DNA of 47,150 nucleotides from an uncultured Senimuribacter sp. (GTDB lineage Bacteria; Bacillota; Clostridia; Peptostreptococcales; Anaerovoracaceae): NCBI GenBank assembly GCA_964525085.1, contig CAZGED010000001.1, positions 1 to 47,150 of the forward strand, read 5' to 3'. Shown piece by piece: positions 10,040 to 22,064 of this stretch (position 1 is its first letter; each line of letters starts with the position of its first letter). The notes under the pieces were generated by a model. It saw only the letters and a program-made list of their open reading frames with translations, ran no database searches and was not told where the DNA came from. The position numbers and the translations under genes were made by a program.

Positions 10040-10270
10040 TCATTTCAAAGGGTCATATCCGCCGGGATTTCCCGGATGACACTTCAAAATTCGTTTGATT
10101 CCTAAGTAACTACCCTTAAAAACACCGTACTTCTGCAGAGCCTGAATGAAGTAGGTGGAACAGGTAGGGTAGAACCTGCAGGTAGGCGGAAATAAAGGTG
10201 AAATACATTTCTGATAGATACGAATCATAAAGATCATGATCATCTTAAAAAAATGGCTGACGTATTTCAT
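10040..10270 (-). CDS. yidD: membrane protein insertion efficiency factor
   Basis: [27 protein letters not shown]. Confidence 0.96.
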   Translation of the reverse strand: MKYVSHFFKMIMIFMIRIYQKCISPLFPPTCRFYPTCSTYFIQALQKYGVFKGSYLGIKRILKCHPGNPGGYDPLK

Positions 10271-10608
10271 TCTTTCTTCATTACCCCGGTTCTTCTGATG
10301 GCAGACTCCAAGGATCTCTTAACTTCTGCACATTTCGCGTCTTTAATAGTGTTTCTGGCTATAATCACTACATCGTATCCATCAGGAATTTTAAAATCTG
10401 TAAGTCTGTAGCTTTCCTTCATCAATCTTCTGGCTCTGTTTCGACTGACACTATTGCCGACTTTTTTGCTGGCTAAGAAAGCCATCCTGTTGTACGGAAG
10501 GTGATTCTTCCTGTAAAAGAGGACGACATATCGGTCGCCAACTGAGTTTCCTCTGTTGTAGATTCCCTGAAAATCAGCTTTTCTTCTTAATACGTTTTTT
10601 TTTAGCAT
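10267..10608 (-). CDS. rnpA: ribonuclease P protein component
   Basis: [15 protein letters not shown] (RNR motif). Confidence 0.96.
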   Translation of the reverse strand: MLKKNVLRRKADFQGIYNRGNSVGDRYVVLFYRKNHLPYNRMAFLASKKVGNSVSRNRARRLMKESYRLTDFKIPDGYDVVIIARNTIKDAKCAEVKRSLESAIRRTGVMKKE

Positions 10609-10626
10609 TTTAACAGCATCTTAAAA

Positions 10627-10761
10627 TTAAGCACTTAATTTTTTTCTGCCCTTTGCTCTTCTTCTCTTCAGAACATTTCTGCCATTCTTTGTGCTCATTC
10701 TCTTTCTGAAGCCGTGCTCTTTCATTCTCTGTCTTTTCTTTGGCTGATACGTCTGTTTCAT
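10627..10761 (-). CDS. rpmH: 50S ribosomal protein L34
   Basis: Manual translation [44 protein letters not shown]; RBS GGAGGT. Confidence 0.97.
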   Translation of the reverse strand: MKQTYQPKKRQRMKEHGFRKRMSTKNGRNVLKRRRAKGRKKLSA

Positions 10762-10830
10762 GATTTTTTACCTCCTTAATGTAAAATCCATGCATCATCT
10801 AAATTCCAATGGATGCACATATGCCTATCT

Positions 10831-10859
10831 ATTATACTTTTATTGAGAGAACTTGTCAA
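10831..10859 (-). promoter_or_regulatory. sigma-A promoter of the rpmH operon
   Basis: TTGACA-17-TATAAT, perfect consensus. Confidence 0.85.
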
Positions 10860-10887
10860 CCTTTTTGTCATGATTTCATCATAGACT

Positions 10888-11042
10888 TATGGATAAATGT
10901 TGATTTTTTTCAAAAAAAAGGATACGTCAGGATCAAAAAAGGTATATTATGAAAGATATGCACAAAGTTATCCACATTATATGGAAAACTTTGAGGAAAA
11001 TTTATTTTTCAAGGTTTAAAATTAACACTTGTATATGGATAA
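10888..11042. other. oriC part 1: DnaA-box cluster upstream of dnaA
   Basis: TTATCCACA 10968-10976; reverse TTATCCATA boxes at 10888-10896 and 11034-11042; AT-rich. Confidence 0.85.
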
Positions 11043-11057
11043 CTTATTTTGTACAAT
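11029..11057 (+). promoter_or_regulatory. dnaA promoter overlapped by a DnaA box (autoregulation)
   Basis: TTGTAT-17-TACAAT with the box TATGGATAA across the spacer. Confidence 0.6.
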
Positions 11058-11088
11058 AAAATAAGAGAGAAAAAACGAAGGAGCAGTT

Positions 11089-12435
11089 ATGAAAAGTATT
11101 TGGAAGCAAGTTTTAGAAATCATAGAAAAGGATGTGACGCCTGTCAGCTACAGTACCTGGTTTGAGAATACCAAACTCTATTCCCTGGACAAGAACCTGA
11201 AGATCGCTTACCTGGAATCCGACGAGGAATTCGTCATCAAGGTACTGAAGGACCGTTACATAGAAATGATAGAAAACGCTTTCCAAACCGCTACCAATGA
11301 GGACTACCGGGTAGTGGTCAAGCATACTTCCGACTACGCCCAGCAGAAGGAAGAGGCGGGCCCGGTGACCAGACAGCCGGTGATCATGGATCCAAAGCTG
11401 CGCAAGCAGAAGATCTTCAACCCGAAGTACACCTTTGACAACTTTGTTGTGGGAAACAGCAACAAGTATGCCCAGGCCGCAGCCCTCGCCGTGGCGGAAT
11501 CCCCGTCTGTGGCCTATAACCCGCTGTTCATCTACGGAGGCTCCGGCCTGGGAAAAACCCATTTGATGAACGCCATCGGCATCTACCTGCTGGAACACAA
11601 CGACAACCTCAACGTCCTCTATGTGTCCTCGGAGATGTTCACCAACGAATTCATCAAAGCCTTGGGAGAAAATAAGGTCAGAGAGTTCAAGAACAAATAC
11701 AGAAAGGTAGACGTCCTGCTCATCGATGACATACAGTTTCTCGAAGGCAAGGACACCATGCAGGAAGAATTCTTCCACACCTTCAACACCCTCTATGACC
11801 TGAACAAACAGATCGTCATTTCCAGCGACCGCGCGCCCAACAAGCTGGTCAAGTTGGAAGAGCGGCTGCGTTCCCGGTTCATGTGGAACCTGATCGCCGA
11901 CCTGCAACCTGCCGACTACGAGACGCGAGTGGCCATTCTGATGAAAAAAGCGGAAAACGCCAACATCGACGTCAACGACGACATGTATGAGGTCATCTGC
12001 CTCATTGCGGAAAGCATCAAGAACAACATCCGCGAGCTGGAAGGCGCCTTTGACCGGATCGTAGGCTTCTCCTCTCTGATGGATGAAAAGGTGGACAAAG
12101 TCTTTGCCAGAAGAATCCTGAAGGATATCCTGCAAAACAACAGCAACAGCCCGACACCTGAAAAGATCAAAACCATCGTCAGTCGCTACTTTCACATCGA
12201 CGTCACGGCTATGGAAAGCTCCAAGCGGACTAACAGCGTGGCCTATCCGAGACAGATCGCCATGTATCTGTGCAGAGAGCTGACAGACTATTCCCTGCCG
12301 AAGATCGGAAATCTCTTCGGGGGAAGACACTATACCACGGTCATGCACGCCTGTGACAAAATCCAGGCCGGACTGAAAAATGACGAACAGCTGAAGGAGA
12401 TCGTCGATACCCTGAAGAAGGAAATCTCTGAATAA
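11089..12435 (+). CDS. dnaA: chromosomal replication initiator DnaA
   Basis: YTFDNFVVG, GGSGLGKTHL, LLIDDIQF, NIRELEGA, RQIAMYL. Confidence 0.99.
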   Translation: MKSIWKQVLEIIEKDVTPVSYSTWFENTKLYSLDKNLKIAYLESDEEFVIKVLKDRYIEMIENAFQTATNEDYRVVVKHTSDYAQQKEEAGPVTRQPVIMDPKLRKQKIFNPKYTFDNFVVGNSNKYAQAAALAVAESPSVAYNPLFIYGGSGLGKTHLMNAIGIYLLEHNDNLNVLYVSSEMFTNEFIKALGENKVREFKNKYRKVDVLLIDDIQFLEGKDTMQEEFFHTFNTLYDLNKQIVISSDRAPNKLVKLEERLRSRFMWNLIADLQPADYETRVAILMKKAENANIDVNDDMYEVICLIAESIKNNIRELEGAFDRIVGFSSLMDEKVDKVFARRILKDILQNNSNSPTPEKIKTIVSRYFHIDVTAMESSKRTNSVAYPRQIAMYLCRELTDYSLPKIGNLFGGRHYTTVMHACDKIQAGLKNDEQLKEIVDTLKKEISE

Positions 12436-12445
12436 AAAAGACAGG

Positions 12446-12545
12446 TTATCCACATATCTTCCAGCAAAAAAAAGTATTCCATTCCAAGGGGCAGAAAAGT
12501 TATCCACAGTTTCAACACCCCCTACTACTATTACTACTATCTTTA
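12446..12545 (+). other. oriC part 2: basal unwinding system (DnaA boxes, GC clamp, DnaA-trios)
   Basis: TTATCCACA at 12446-12454 and 12500-12508, adjacent GTTTCAACA, CCCCC, then TAC TAC TAT TAC TAC TAT at 12523-12540. Confidence 0.92.
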
Positions 12546-12580
12546 AGATAAGAAAAAGATAGGATTTTTTGGAGGTTAAC

Positions 12581-13696
12581 ATGAAATTTAAATGCGACCA
12601 GATCGTACTGACCAAAGCACTGAACATCGTATCAAAAGCCGTTACCAATCGCTCAACCCTTCCCATCCTGAAGGGCATTCTCCTGGAAGTAAAGGAAGAA
12701 GGCAAGTTGAGAATGGTCGCTTCTGATCACGAGATCACTATAGAAGAAACCATCAGCGTATCAGAAACCGACCGCGGATCCATTGTGGTACAGGCCAAGC
12801 TTTTCAGCGATATCATCAGAAAATTGCCTAACGCCGAAGTGGCCATAGAGGTGGAAAACGGAAGCGTCACTATAAAGTGTCTGAACTCCCAGTTCAGCAT
12901 CATAGGTATGCCGGCCGACGAATTTCCTGCCGTAGAAACTGTCGTCGACGATGAGCAGGCCATCATCTTTGAAAAAAATATATTAAAAGAAATGATCAGA
13001 AAGACTTCCTTTGCTGCCAGCGTAGACGAATCCAAAGGCGTTCTCACAGGCATTTTGATCGAGATGCTGTCCGACAGCGTCAACCTGGTTGCCATCGATG
13101 GCTACAGACTCGCCATATCCAGAAAAGCCATGGTCAATCTGGAAGAGAAAAACGTAGTCATCTCCGCAAAAATCATGAATGAGATTTACAAGATTCTCAG
13201 CGACGCTTCAGAAGAGCAGGAAACCGTAAAGATGCTGCTGTATGACAGAAATGCGATCTTTTCCATCGGAAGCGTCAAGGTGATCCTGCGCCTGTTGGAC
13301 GGAGAGTTCATCAAGTACAGAGACGTTCTGCCTTCTGACAGTAGCATCAAAGTCAAGGTATCCAAGAGCGATCTGACGGAAAGCATCGAGAGAGCGTCCC
13401 TCCTGTCAAAGGAAGGTAAGAACAACCTGATCAAGTTCGCCGTCAGAGACAACGTCCTGACCATCACATCAAAATCAGAGGAAGGAAACGTAAAGGAAGA
13501 CATTTTGATTTCCAAGGAAGGAGAAGATCTGGACATCGGATTCAACGCCAAATACGTGTTGGATGTGATGAAGGCCATCGACGATGAGGAGATCCTGATG
13601 TACTTCAACGCCAGCATCAAGCCTTGCCTGGTGGAGCCGCTGGAGGGAGATTCCTTCGAGTATCTGATCCTGCCGGTCAGGATTACGGGAAATTAA
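12581..13696 (+). CDS. dnaN: DNA polymerase III beta clamp
   Basis: LPILKGIL, AIDGYRLA, IGFNAKY, C-terminal LILPVR; ATG 12581 after GGAGG. Confidence 0.98.
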   Translation: MKFKCDQIVLTKALNIVSKAVTNRSTLPILKGILLEVKEEGKLRMVASDHEITIEETISVSETDRGSIVVQAKLFSDIIRKLPNAEVAIEVENGSVTIKCLNSQFSIIGMPADEFPAVETVVDDEQAIIFEKNILKEMIRKTSFAASVDESKGVLTGILIEMLSDSVNLVAIDGYRLAISRKAMVNLEEKNVVISAKIMNEIYKILSDASEEQETVKMLLYDRNAIFSIGSVKVILRLLDGEFIKYRDVLPSDSSIKVKVSKSDLTESIERASLLSKEGKNNLIKFAVRDNVLTITSKSEEGNVKEDILISKEGEDLDIGFNAKYVLDVMKAIDDEEILMYFNASIKPCLVEPLEGDSFEYLILPVRITGN

Positions 13697-13697
13697 G

Positions 13698-14795
13698 ATG
13701 CATATCAAACATATCGAACTGACGGATTTCAGAAATTACGAGAGACTAAAGATGGATTTTCATCAGAACGTAAACCTGATTCTGGGCAACAACGCCCAGG
13801 GGAAGACCAACCTGCTGGAAGCCATCTACATCACTTCCATCGGCCGGTCCTTTCGCACCAACAGGGACAGCGAGTTGGTCCGGTTTGGACAAAAGGCCGC
13901 CAGGATCTGCGTGGAAGCGGAGAAGGAGATCGCAGGTACGTCAGTAGAGATCACGATAAAAAAGGATTCCAAAAAGTCCGTCAAAAAAGACGGCGTCAAC
14001 ATCAAGAAGACGTCTCAGCTTTTGGAAAACATTTTGATCGTCATATTCTCTCCCGAGGATCTGAAGATCGTCAAGGACGAGCCTGAAAAGAGAAGAAGGT
14101 TCATAGACCGGGAGCTCTGCCAGATACAGCCCCGGTACTACGACAGCCTTTCCAACTACAAAAAGACCTTGCAGCAGAGAAACGCCTATCTGAAGGAGGA
14201 GAGGATAGACCCGTCTATGCTGGATCTGTGGGATCTGCAGCTGGCAAAGTACGGCGCCAGGATCATGGAGATGAGAGACCGGTTTATCAAAGAGATCAGC
14301 GTATTCTCTGGCGCTATCCACAGCAGTATTACGGCAGGCCGGGAGACTCTGTTCTTGGAATATAATCCCAACGTGGCGCTGACCGACGATAGAGAACAGC
14401 TGGAAGGGTTTTTCTACGACGAGATCAAGCGGGCCTTTCCGGACGACTGCCGCCATCGGACCACCACCAGGGGACCCCATAAGGACGACCTTTCCTTCTA
14501 CGTAGGCGGCATCAACATGCGTAGCTTCGGTTCCCAGGGACAGCAGAGAACCTGCGCCCTGTCCCTGAAGCTGGCAGAGCTGAACCTGATCAAAGAGGAG
14601 ACAGAGGAAGATGCTATCCTTCTGCTGGACGATGTGATGAGCGAGCTGGACCTGCAGCGGCAGGAATATCTGATCAAAACCCTGAAGGAAAATCAGCTTT
14701 TTATCACCACCACGGACATCGATGAAAAACTGTTGGCTTCCTTCCCCGGTGCTAAGCAGATTTATGTGGAAAACGGAAAAATCATAGAAACGTAA
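13698..14795 (+). CDS. recF: DNA replication/repair protein RecF
   Basis: FRNY, GNNAQGKTNLLEAI, GPHKDD, SQGQQR, LLLDDVMSELD. Confidence 0.98.
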   Translation: MHIKHIELTDFRNYERLKMDFHQNVNLILGNNAQGKTNLLEAIYITSIGRSFRTNRDSELVRFGQKAARICVEAEKEIAGTSVEITIKKDSKKSVKKDGVNIKKTSQLLENILIVIFSPEDLKIVKDEPEKRRRFIDRELCQIQPRYYDSLSNYKKTLQQRNAYLKEERIDPSMLDLWDLQLAKYGARIMEMRDRFIKEISVFSGAIHSSITAGRETLFLEYNPNVALTDDREQLEGFFYDEIKRAFPDDCRHRTTTRGPHKDDLSFYVGGINMRSFGSQGQQRTCALSLKLAELNLIKEETEEDAILLLDDVMSELDLQRQEYLIKTLKENQLFITTTDIDEKLLASFPGAKQIYVENGKIIET

Positions 14796-14916
14796 AATCT
14801 ATCAGAAATCGTAGGGTATGAGTCGACAATTTTTGATAGTTTTTTTCGTGCTTAATTTTAGATTCTGCGGATTTTTTATGGTAACACGGGAAAAAACTTA
14901 AAATAATGGTATTTTG

Positions 14917-14945
14917 TTGCCAAAACTCCAATTTTGGTGTATAAT
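14917..14945 (+). promoter_or_regulatory. sigma-A promoter of gyrBA
   Basis: TTGCCA-17-TATAAT. Confidence 0.7.
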
Positions 14946-14975
14946 GATAGGGTATGTAAGAAGGCAAATTTATGA

Positions 14976-16922
<1,947 letters not shown>

Positions 16923-16939
16923 GGAAGGAGGGCAAAATA

Positions 16940-19447
16940 TTGAGTACATTGTTAGAAGATACAAGACTGGAGCAACACGAAATATCCAAAGAGATGAAGA
17001 AGTCCTACATCGACTACTCCATGAGCGTCATCGTGGGCCGTGCCCTTCCTGACGTCAGAGACGGCATGAAACCGGTACATCGGAGAATTTTGTACGGCAT
17101 GAGCCAGCTGGGTGTAACGCCGGACAAACCCCATAAAAAATCGGCCCGTATCGTCGGTGAGGTTATGGGTAAATATCACCCTCACGGAGACAGTTCGATC
17201 TATGACGCCATGGTGAGACTGGCCCAGGATTTTTCCACCAGATACATGCTGGTAGACGGACACGGAAACTTCGGCTCCGTCGACGGAGACGGTGCCGCAG
17301 CCATGCGTTATACAGAAGCCAGGATGTCCCCTTTCTCCCTGCAGATGATCCGGGATATCGAAAAGGACACCGTGGACTTTATTCCCAATTTTGACGGAGA
17401 AGAAAAGGAGCCTGTCGTGCTGCCCAGCCGTTACCCGAACCTTTTGGTCAACGGATCCAACGGCATTGCCGTCGGCATGGCCACTTCCATCCCTCCTCAC
17501 AATCTGGGAGAGGTCATCGACGCCACGGTAAAGCTCATCGACGATGAGAACGCTACCGTAGAAGATCTGATCAAAATCGTCAAAGGGCCGGACTTTCCTA
17601 CCGGCGCCCAGATCCTGGGAAAAGCGGGACTCCGGGAAGCCTATCGGACCGGAATCGGCAAAGTCAAAGTCAGAGCCTGCTGTGAGATCGAAGAGACCAC
17701 CAGGGGAAGGTCCCAGATCATCGTAACCGAGATACCTTTCCAGGTCAACAAAGCCAGACTCATCGAGAAGATGGCGGAGCTGGTGAAAGAAAAAAAAGTG
17801 GAAGGCATTTCGGAAATCCGGGACGAATCCAGCCGGAACGGCATGCGCATCGTCATCGAATTGAAGAGAGACGCCAATCCGCAGATCACGCTGAACAGGC
17901 TGTATAAGCACACCCAACTGCAGGACAGTTACAGCATGATCATGATCGCTCTGGTAGACAAGCAGCCGAGGGTTCTCAGCCTCTACGAGATTCTGGACGA
18001 GTATCTGAAGTTCCAGAAGGAAGTTCTGACCAGGAGAACCAAGTTCGACTTGAAAAAGGCGGAAGCGAGGGCTCACATTCTGGAAGGTTTGCGTATCGCT
18101 TTGGATAACATCGATGAGATCATCAAGATCATCAGAAACGCGTACAACGATGCGAAGGAAAGACTGATGGAGCGGTTCGGACTCTCCGAAATCCAGGCAC
18201 AGGCCATTCTCGACATGAGACTGGCTCGACTGCAGGGTTTGGAACGGGAGAAGATCGAAAAGGAATACGCGGAGCTGATGGAAAAGATCGCCTATTACCA
18301 TTCTCTGTTGGCAGACGAGAAGCTTTTGATGGGCGTAATCAAAGACGAGCTCCTTGAGATCAAGGCAAAATACGGAGACAAGAGGAGGACGAAAATCGTC
18401 GCCGATGTGGATGATTTTGACGATGAGGACCTGGTGGCAGAAGAAAACGTGGCCGTTACCCTGACCCATCTCGGATATATCAAACGGGTTCCGGCGAACA
18501 CCTATAAGGCGCAGAGACGAGGCGGCAAAGGCATCACAGGCATCACGACCAGAGAAAACGACTTTGTCAAGGATCTGATCATGACCTCCACCCACGATTA
18601 TCTGATGTTCTTTACCAATACGGGAAAAGCGCATAAGATCAAGGCCTTTGAAATTCCGGAGGCTGCCAGAACGGCCAAAGGAACGCCTGCGGTCAACTTC
18701 CTGAATCTGATGCAGAAAGAGCGCATCACTGCGGTAATTCCGGTCAAGGAATTTTCCGATGACAAGTATCTGATCGCCGTGACCAAGCACGGAACCATCA
18801 AGAAAACGCCGCTTTCCCAGTTCGATACCCAGAGGAAAACCGGTCTCATCGCCATCAATCTGAAGGATGACGATCAGCTGATCGACATCAAACAGACGAC
18901 GGGAAAGAACAACGTCATTATCGTGACCAGGCAGGGCAAGTGCATCTGCTTCAGCGAGGAGGACGTGAGAAGCATGGGAAGAATCGCAGGAGGCGTCCGG
19001 GCGATCAAACTGGAGAAGGACGACGAAGTAGTCGCCATGGAACTGGTGGAACCGGGCCAGGAACTGCTGGTAGTGACGGAAAACGGCTACGGCAAGAGAA
19101 CGCCGGTGAAGGACTATAAGCTTCAGGTGAGAGGCGGCAAGGGTCTGCTGACCTATGACAAAGCCAAGTTCAAGAAGACCGGCGCCCTGATCGGTGCTAT
19201 GGTCGTGGACGAAAACGATGAGGTGATGATGATCAATTCAGACGGCATCATCATCAGAATCAGGGCCGGTGAGGTCTCCAAGCTGGGCAGAGCGACCCAA
19301 GGCGTCAAGATCATGAAGGTGGGAGACGACGCTAAGATCGTCGCCATGGCAAAGGTGATCAAAAACAAAGACGAAGAGGAATCGGAACCGGCAAAAAAGA
19401 AAAAGACGACGAAAAAAGAGGAAACGAACGAGCAGTTGACTCTTTAA
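16940..19447 (+). CDS. gyrA: DNA gyrase subunit A
   Basis: [16 protein letters not shown], GyrA-box QRRGGKG, C-terminal pinwheel repeats; TTG start. Confidence 0.99.
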   Translation: MSTLLEDTRLEQHEISKEMKKSYIDYSMSVIVGRALPDVRDGMKPVHRRILYGMSQLGVTPDKPHKKSARIVGEVMGKYHPHGDSSIYDAMVRLAQDFSTRYMLVDGHGNFGSVDGDGAAAMRYTEARMSPFSLQMIRDIEKDTVDFIPNFDGEEKEPVVLPSRYPNLLVNGSNGIAVGMATSIPPHNLGEVIDATVKLIDDENATVEDLIKIVKGPDFPTGAQILGKAGLREAYRTGIGKVKVRACCEIEETTRGRSQIIVTEIPFQVNKARLIEKMAELVKEKKVEGISEIRDESSRNGMRIVIELKRDANPQITLNRLYKHTQLQDSYSMIMIALVDKQPRVLSLYEILDEYLKFQKEVLTRRTKFDLKKAEARAHILEGLRIALDNIDEIIKIIRNAYNDAKERLMERFGLSEIQAQAILDMRLARLQGLEREKIEKEYAELMEKIAYYHSLLADEKLLMGVIKDELLEIKAKYGDKRRTKIVADVDDFDDEDLVAEENVAVTLTHLGYIKRVPANTYKAQRRGGKGITGITTRENDFVKDLIMTSTHDYLMFFTNTGKAHKIKAFEIPEAARTAKGTPAVNFLNLMQKERITAVIPVKEFSDDKYLIAVTKHGTIKKTPLSQFDTQRKTGLIAINLKDDDQLIDIKQTTGKNNVIIVTRQGKCICFSEEDVRSMGRIAGGVRAIKLEKDDEVVAMELVEPGQELLVVTENGYGKRTPVKDYKLQVRGGKGLLTYDKAKFKKTGALIGAMVVDENDEVMMINSDGIIIRIRAGEVSKLGRATQGVKIMKVGDDAKIVAMAKVIKNKDEEESEPAKKKKTTKKEETNEQLTL

Positions 19448-19471
19448 AAAAAGCGACAGTTGTTATATACT

Positions 19472-19530
19472 AGACCTGTACGGATATCTCCATGGATCTT
19501 TCTGTGGAGATGCCGGTGCAGGTTTTTTTT
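19472..19530 (+). terminator. long hairpin plus T-tract after gyrA
   Basis: AGACCTGTAC...ATATCTCCATGGA/TCTGTGGAGATG...GTGCAGGTTTTTTTT. Confidence 0.7.
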
Positions 19531-19559
19531 ATTGTTTTATAATAAGGGAGTGACAATAT

Positions 19560-19958
19560 ATGGATCAATTACAGTTTATCGTACCGGGAAAACCGGAATA
19601 TCTGACCATGGTGCGTCTTGCCATCGGCTCTATCGCAACTACAGCCGGCTTCGATCTGGACGCCTGCGAGGATATCAAAACAGCGGTCTCTGAAGCCTGC
19701 AAGAACGTGTCCTGCCACGGTTTTGACGGATACTCTGATAAATATGAGTTAAAATGCAGCGTGGAAAAAGGAAAGATAGAGATCGTCGTAAAAGACGACT
19801 GCGATACACACAGCCTGCAGAAACTGGCGAAGCCCTGCCAGAATTGCCCGAAGGAAGGGGACCTGGGGATCTTCGTCATACAGTCCCTGATGAACGAGGT
19901 CGTGTTTGGTAAAGAAGAAGACGGACGCAAGTCCATTAAAATGGTGAAAGTTTTATGA
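19560..19958 (+). CDS. rsbW: RsbW-type anti-sigma factor (HATPase fold, degenerate G boxes, 7 Cys)
   Basis: PGKPEYLTMVRLA, GF..EDIKTAVSEACKN, LGIFVIQSLM; overlaps the sigB start. Confidence 0.85.
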   Translation: MDQLQFIVPGKPEYLTMVRLAIGSIATTAGFDLDACEDIKTAVSEACKNVSCHGFDGYSDKYELKCSVEKGKIEIVVKDDCDTHSLQKLAKPCQNCPKEGDLGIFVIQSLMNEVVFGKEEDGRKSIKMVKVL

Positions 19959-20692
19959 TGGAACAGGATTTGTTTATCGAATACAAGAATAATCCCAGCA
20001 TAGAGCTACGTAATGAAATCGTGGAAAAACACTTGTATATGGTGGACATTCTCATACGTAAATATCTAGGAAAAGGTGTGGAATACGACGATCTCTACCA
20101 GGTCGGTGCTTTGGCGCTGGTATCTGCCGTAGAGCGGTTTGATCCGGACAAGGGTTTTGAGTTCAGCTCCTTTGCCACGCCTACGATTCTGGGCGAGATC
20201 AAAAAATATTTCCGCGATAAGCAGTGGAGCCTGAAGGTTCCCCGCCGCCTGAAGGAGATCGCCGCCAAGGTCCAGGAGACCAAGGATCACCTGTACGCGG
20301 AGCAGCACAGGAAGCCTACAGTGGAAGAGATTGCTTCGATGACGGGATACACCCAGGAGCAGATCGTGGAGGCTATGGAAAGCTCCCAGGCTTACGGTAC
20401 TTATTCCCTGGATAAGACCTTTGACGAGATGGGGGAAGACGGGGAAAACCCATTCCTTGAAAAATATACCGGCTTCGATGAAAAGGGCTACGAAAGGATC
20501 GAAACCTCTGAGATCATAAAGAAGGTCATGGGAGGCTTCAGTGAACAGTACCGGTATATTTTCAAAGAGCGGTTCATTTACAACCGTTCACAGGCGGAGA
20601 TCGCCAAAACGCTGGGGGTATCCCAGATGACGATCTCCCGCGCGGAGAGGAACATCGTCAATCAATTTCGTGAGGAGTTTCATCGGCAATAG
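19955..20692 (+). CDS. sigB: SigB/SigF/SigG-family sigma factor, SigB-like
   Basis: YDDLYQVG, ERFDPDKGFEFSSFATPTILGEIKKYFRD, VPRRLKE, GVSQMTISR. Confidence 0.9.
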   Translation: MMEQDLFIEYKNNPSIELRNEIVEKHLYMVDILIRKYLGKGVEYDDLYQVGALALVSAVERFDPDKGFEFSSFATPTILGEIKKYFRDKQWSLKVPRRLKEIAAKVQETKDHLYAEQHRKPTVEEIASMTGYTQEQIVEAMESSQAYGTYSLDKTFDEMGEDGENPFLEKYTGFDEKGYERIETSEIIKKVMGGFSEQYRYIFKERFIYNRSQAEIAKTLGVSQMTISRAERNIVNQFREEFHRQ

Positions 20693-22064
20693 GCAGAAGA
20701 GGCAGCACTATGGTAAATCGACTGCCGGTGCCGAAGGCGCTTTCTGCCCGTACCTGGCCGTGATGAGCCTCTGCGATCCATTTGACCATGGAAAGACCCA
20801 GGCCGAAGCTGTTGTCTTCTCCGCTTCTGGCTTTATCAACCTTATAAAATCTCTGGAAGATCCGTTCCAATTCTTCCTCTTTGATGCCTATGCCGTTGTC
20901 CTCGACTGTGACGACGGCTTTTTTCTTTGTCCTGGACAGCTGCAGGCGGACCCATCTCTCCTCCTCGCCTTTCTCCTTGCTGTATTTGACGGCGTTGGTC
21001 AGCAGGTTCAGGATCATGCGCATGATCAGCGTTTCATCTCCGCAGATATCCACATCTTGATCGATCTGGGTCCGCAGGACGATACCCTTCTCCTCCGCCA
21101 GCAGAGAGATCTCTTCGGAAATGCTTTCGCAGAGCAGGGTCAGGCTGAATGCTTCTGTTTCAATGGTCTTTTCCTTGTCGATGGTCCTGGACAGCTGCAA
21201 CAGCTGCTGGATCAGAGACATGGTCCTGCGGCATTGGTCTTGAATCGTCTGCAGAGATGCCTGATATTCCTCCGGCGGCCTTTCCTTTTGCAGCGTGTAT
21301 TCGCACTCCGCCATGATGACGGCCACCGGCGTCTTTAGCTCGTGGGACACGTCGGAGGAAAAATCCTTTTCCGCCTGAAAGGCGTCTTCCAGACGGCCAA
21401 TCATCTGATTCAAGGTTTCCGTCAGGTCGTACAGCTCGTCCTTTGTCTCCCCCTGAGGAAGCCTTTTGGAAAGGTCGTGGCCGTTGTTGATGGAATTGGC
21501 GGTTTCCGTGATCTGGGAGATCGGAGCGAAGGCCTGCTTGGTAATGTGCCGGCCGGCCAGAATGGCGATCAGCAAAATGGCCGGAAGGGCGACGAGCATG
21601 ATCAGCAGGATAGCGTTCAGGGTGTTTACGGAGTTATCCAGAGGATAGATGCCTCTGACCCAGATGCCCTGGCCGTTTTCATAGGTGTTATAGAGGTCGT
21701 AGACGATCCAGGTGTCCTCCTCCCCTTCTATATTCTCAAAGCGGCCCGCTTCCAGAGGAAGGTAGGTAGGAAAATCCTTTGGGACCCTGCCCTTGATCAG
21801 CTTTCCGGATTCGCTGTAGACCAGAAGGGTAACACCCTTCCGGTAAGAGTCAAAGTCGCTGTCGATCTCGATAAAATCCTCCCCTGCCATAATGTCGTCG
21901 AAGGAATTCTGTACGGCCTTCATGACCGTGTCCTGAGATACTACGTCCATCTGGCGAAGAGCCGCGAAGTAAAATACGGTAAAGAGAGCGACAGCGATGG
22001 CGACCAATACGACGGAATAATACAGGGTCACTCTTTTTTTGATGGAAGCGTTTTTCATCTTCAT
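20658..22064 (-). CDS. HAMP-domain sensor histidine kinase
   Basis: Two TM segments, SHELKTP H-box, NLLTNAVKY, DNGIG, GLGL. Confidence 0.95.
   Translation of the reverse strand: MKMKNASIKKRVTLYYSVVLVAIAVALFTVFYFAALRQMDVVSQDTVMKAVQNSFDDIMAGEDFIEIDSDFDSYRKGVTLLVYSESGKLIKGRVPKDFPTYLPLEAGRFENIEGEEDTWIVYDLYNTYENGQGIWVRGIYPLDNSVNTLNAILLIMLVALPAILLIAILAGRHITKQAFAPISQITETANSINNGHDLSKRLPQGETKDELYDLTETLNQMIGRLEDAFQAEKDFSSDVSHELKTPVAVIMAECEYTLQKERPPEEYQASLQTIQDQCRRTMSLIQQLLQLSRTIDKEKTIETEAFSLTLLCESISEEISLLAEEKGIVLRTQIDQDVDICGDETLIMRMILNLLTNAVKYSKEKGEEERWVRLQLSRTKKKAVVTVEDNGIGIKEEELERIFQRFYKVDKARSGEDNSFGLGLSMVKWIAEAHHGQVRAESAFGTGSRFTIVLPLLPIADETPHEID

Noticed and set aside
10610-10798. 62-aa ORF in the track
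   Set aside because: Alternative frame overlapping rpmH (10627-10761)
11113-12705. 530-aa minus-strand ORF
   Set aside because: Antisense shadow of dnaA that also crosses oriC; expected from codon bias, no recognisable motifs
16952-18790. 612-aa minus-strand ORF and similar long antisense ORFs over gyrB, the kinase, noc and rsmG
   Set aside because: Shadow frames of well-supported genes
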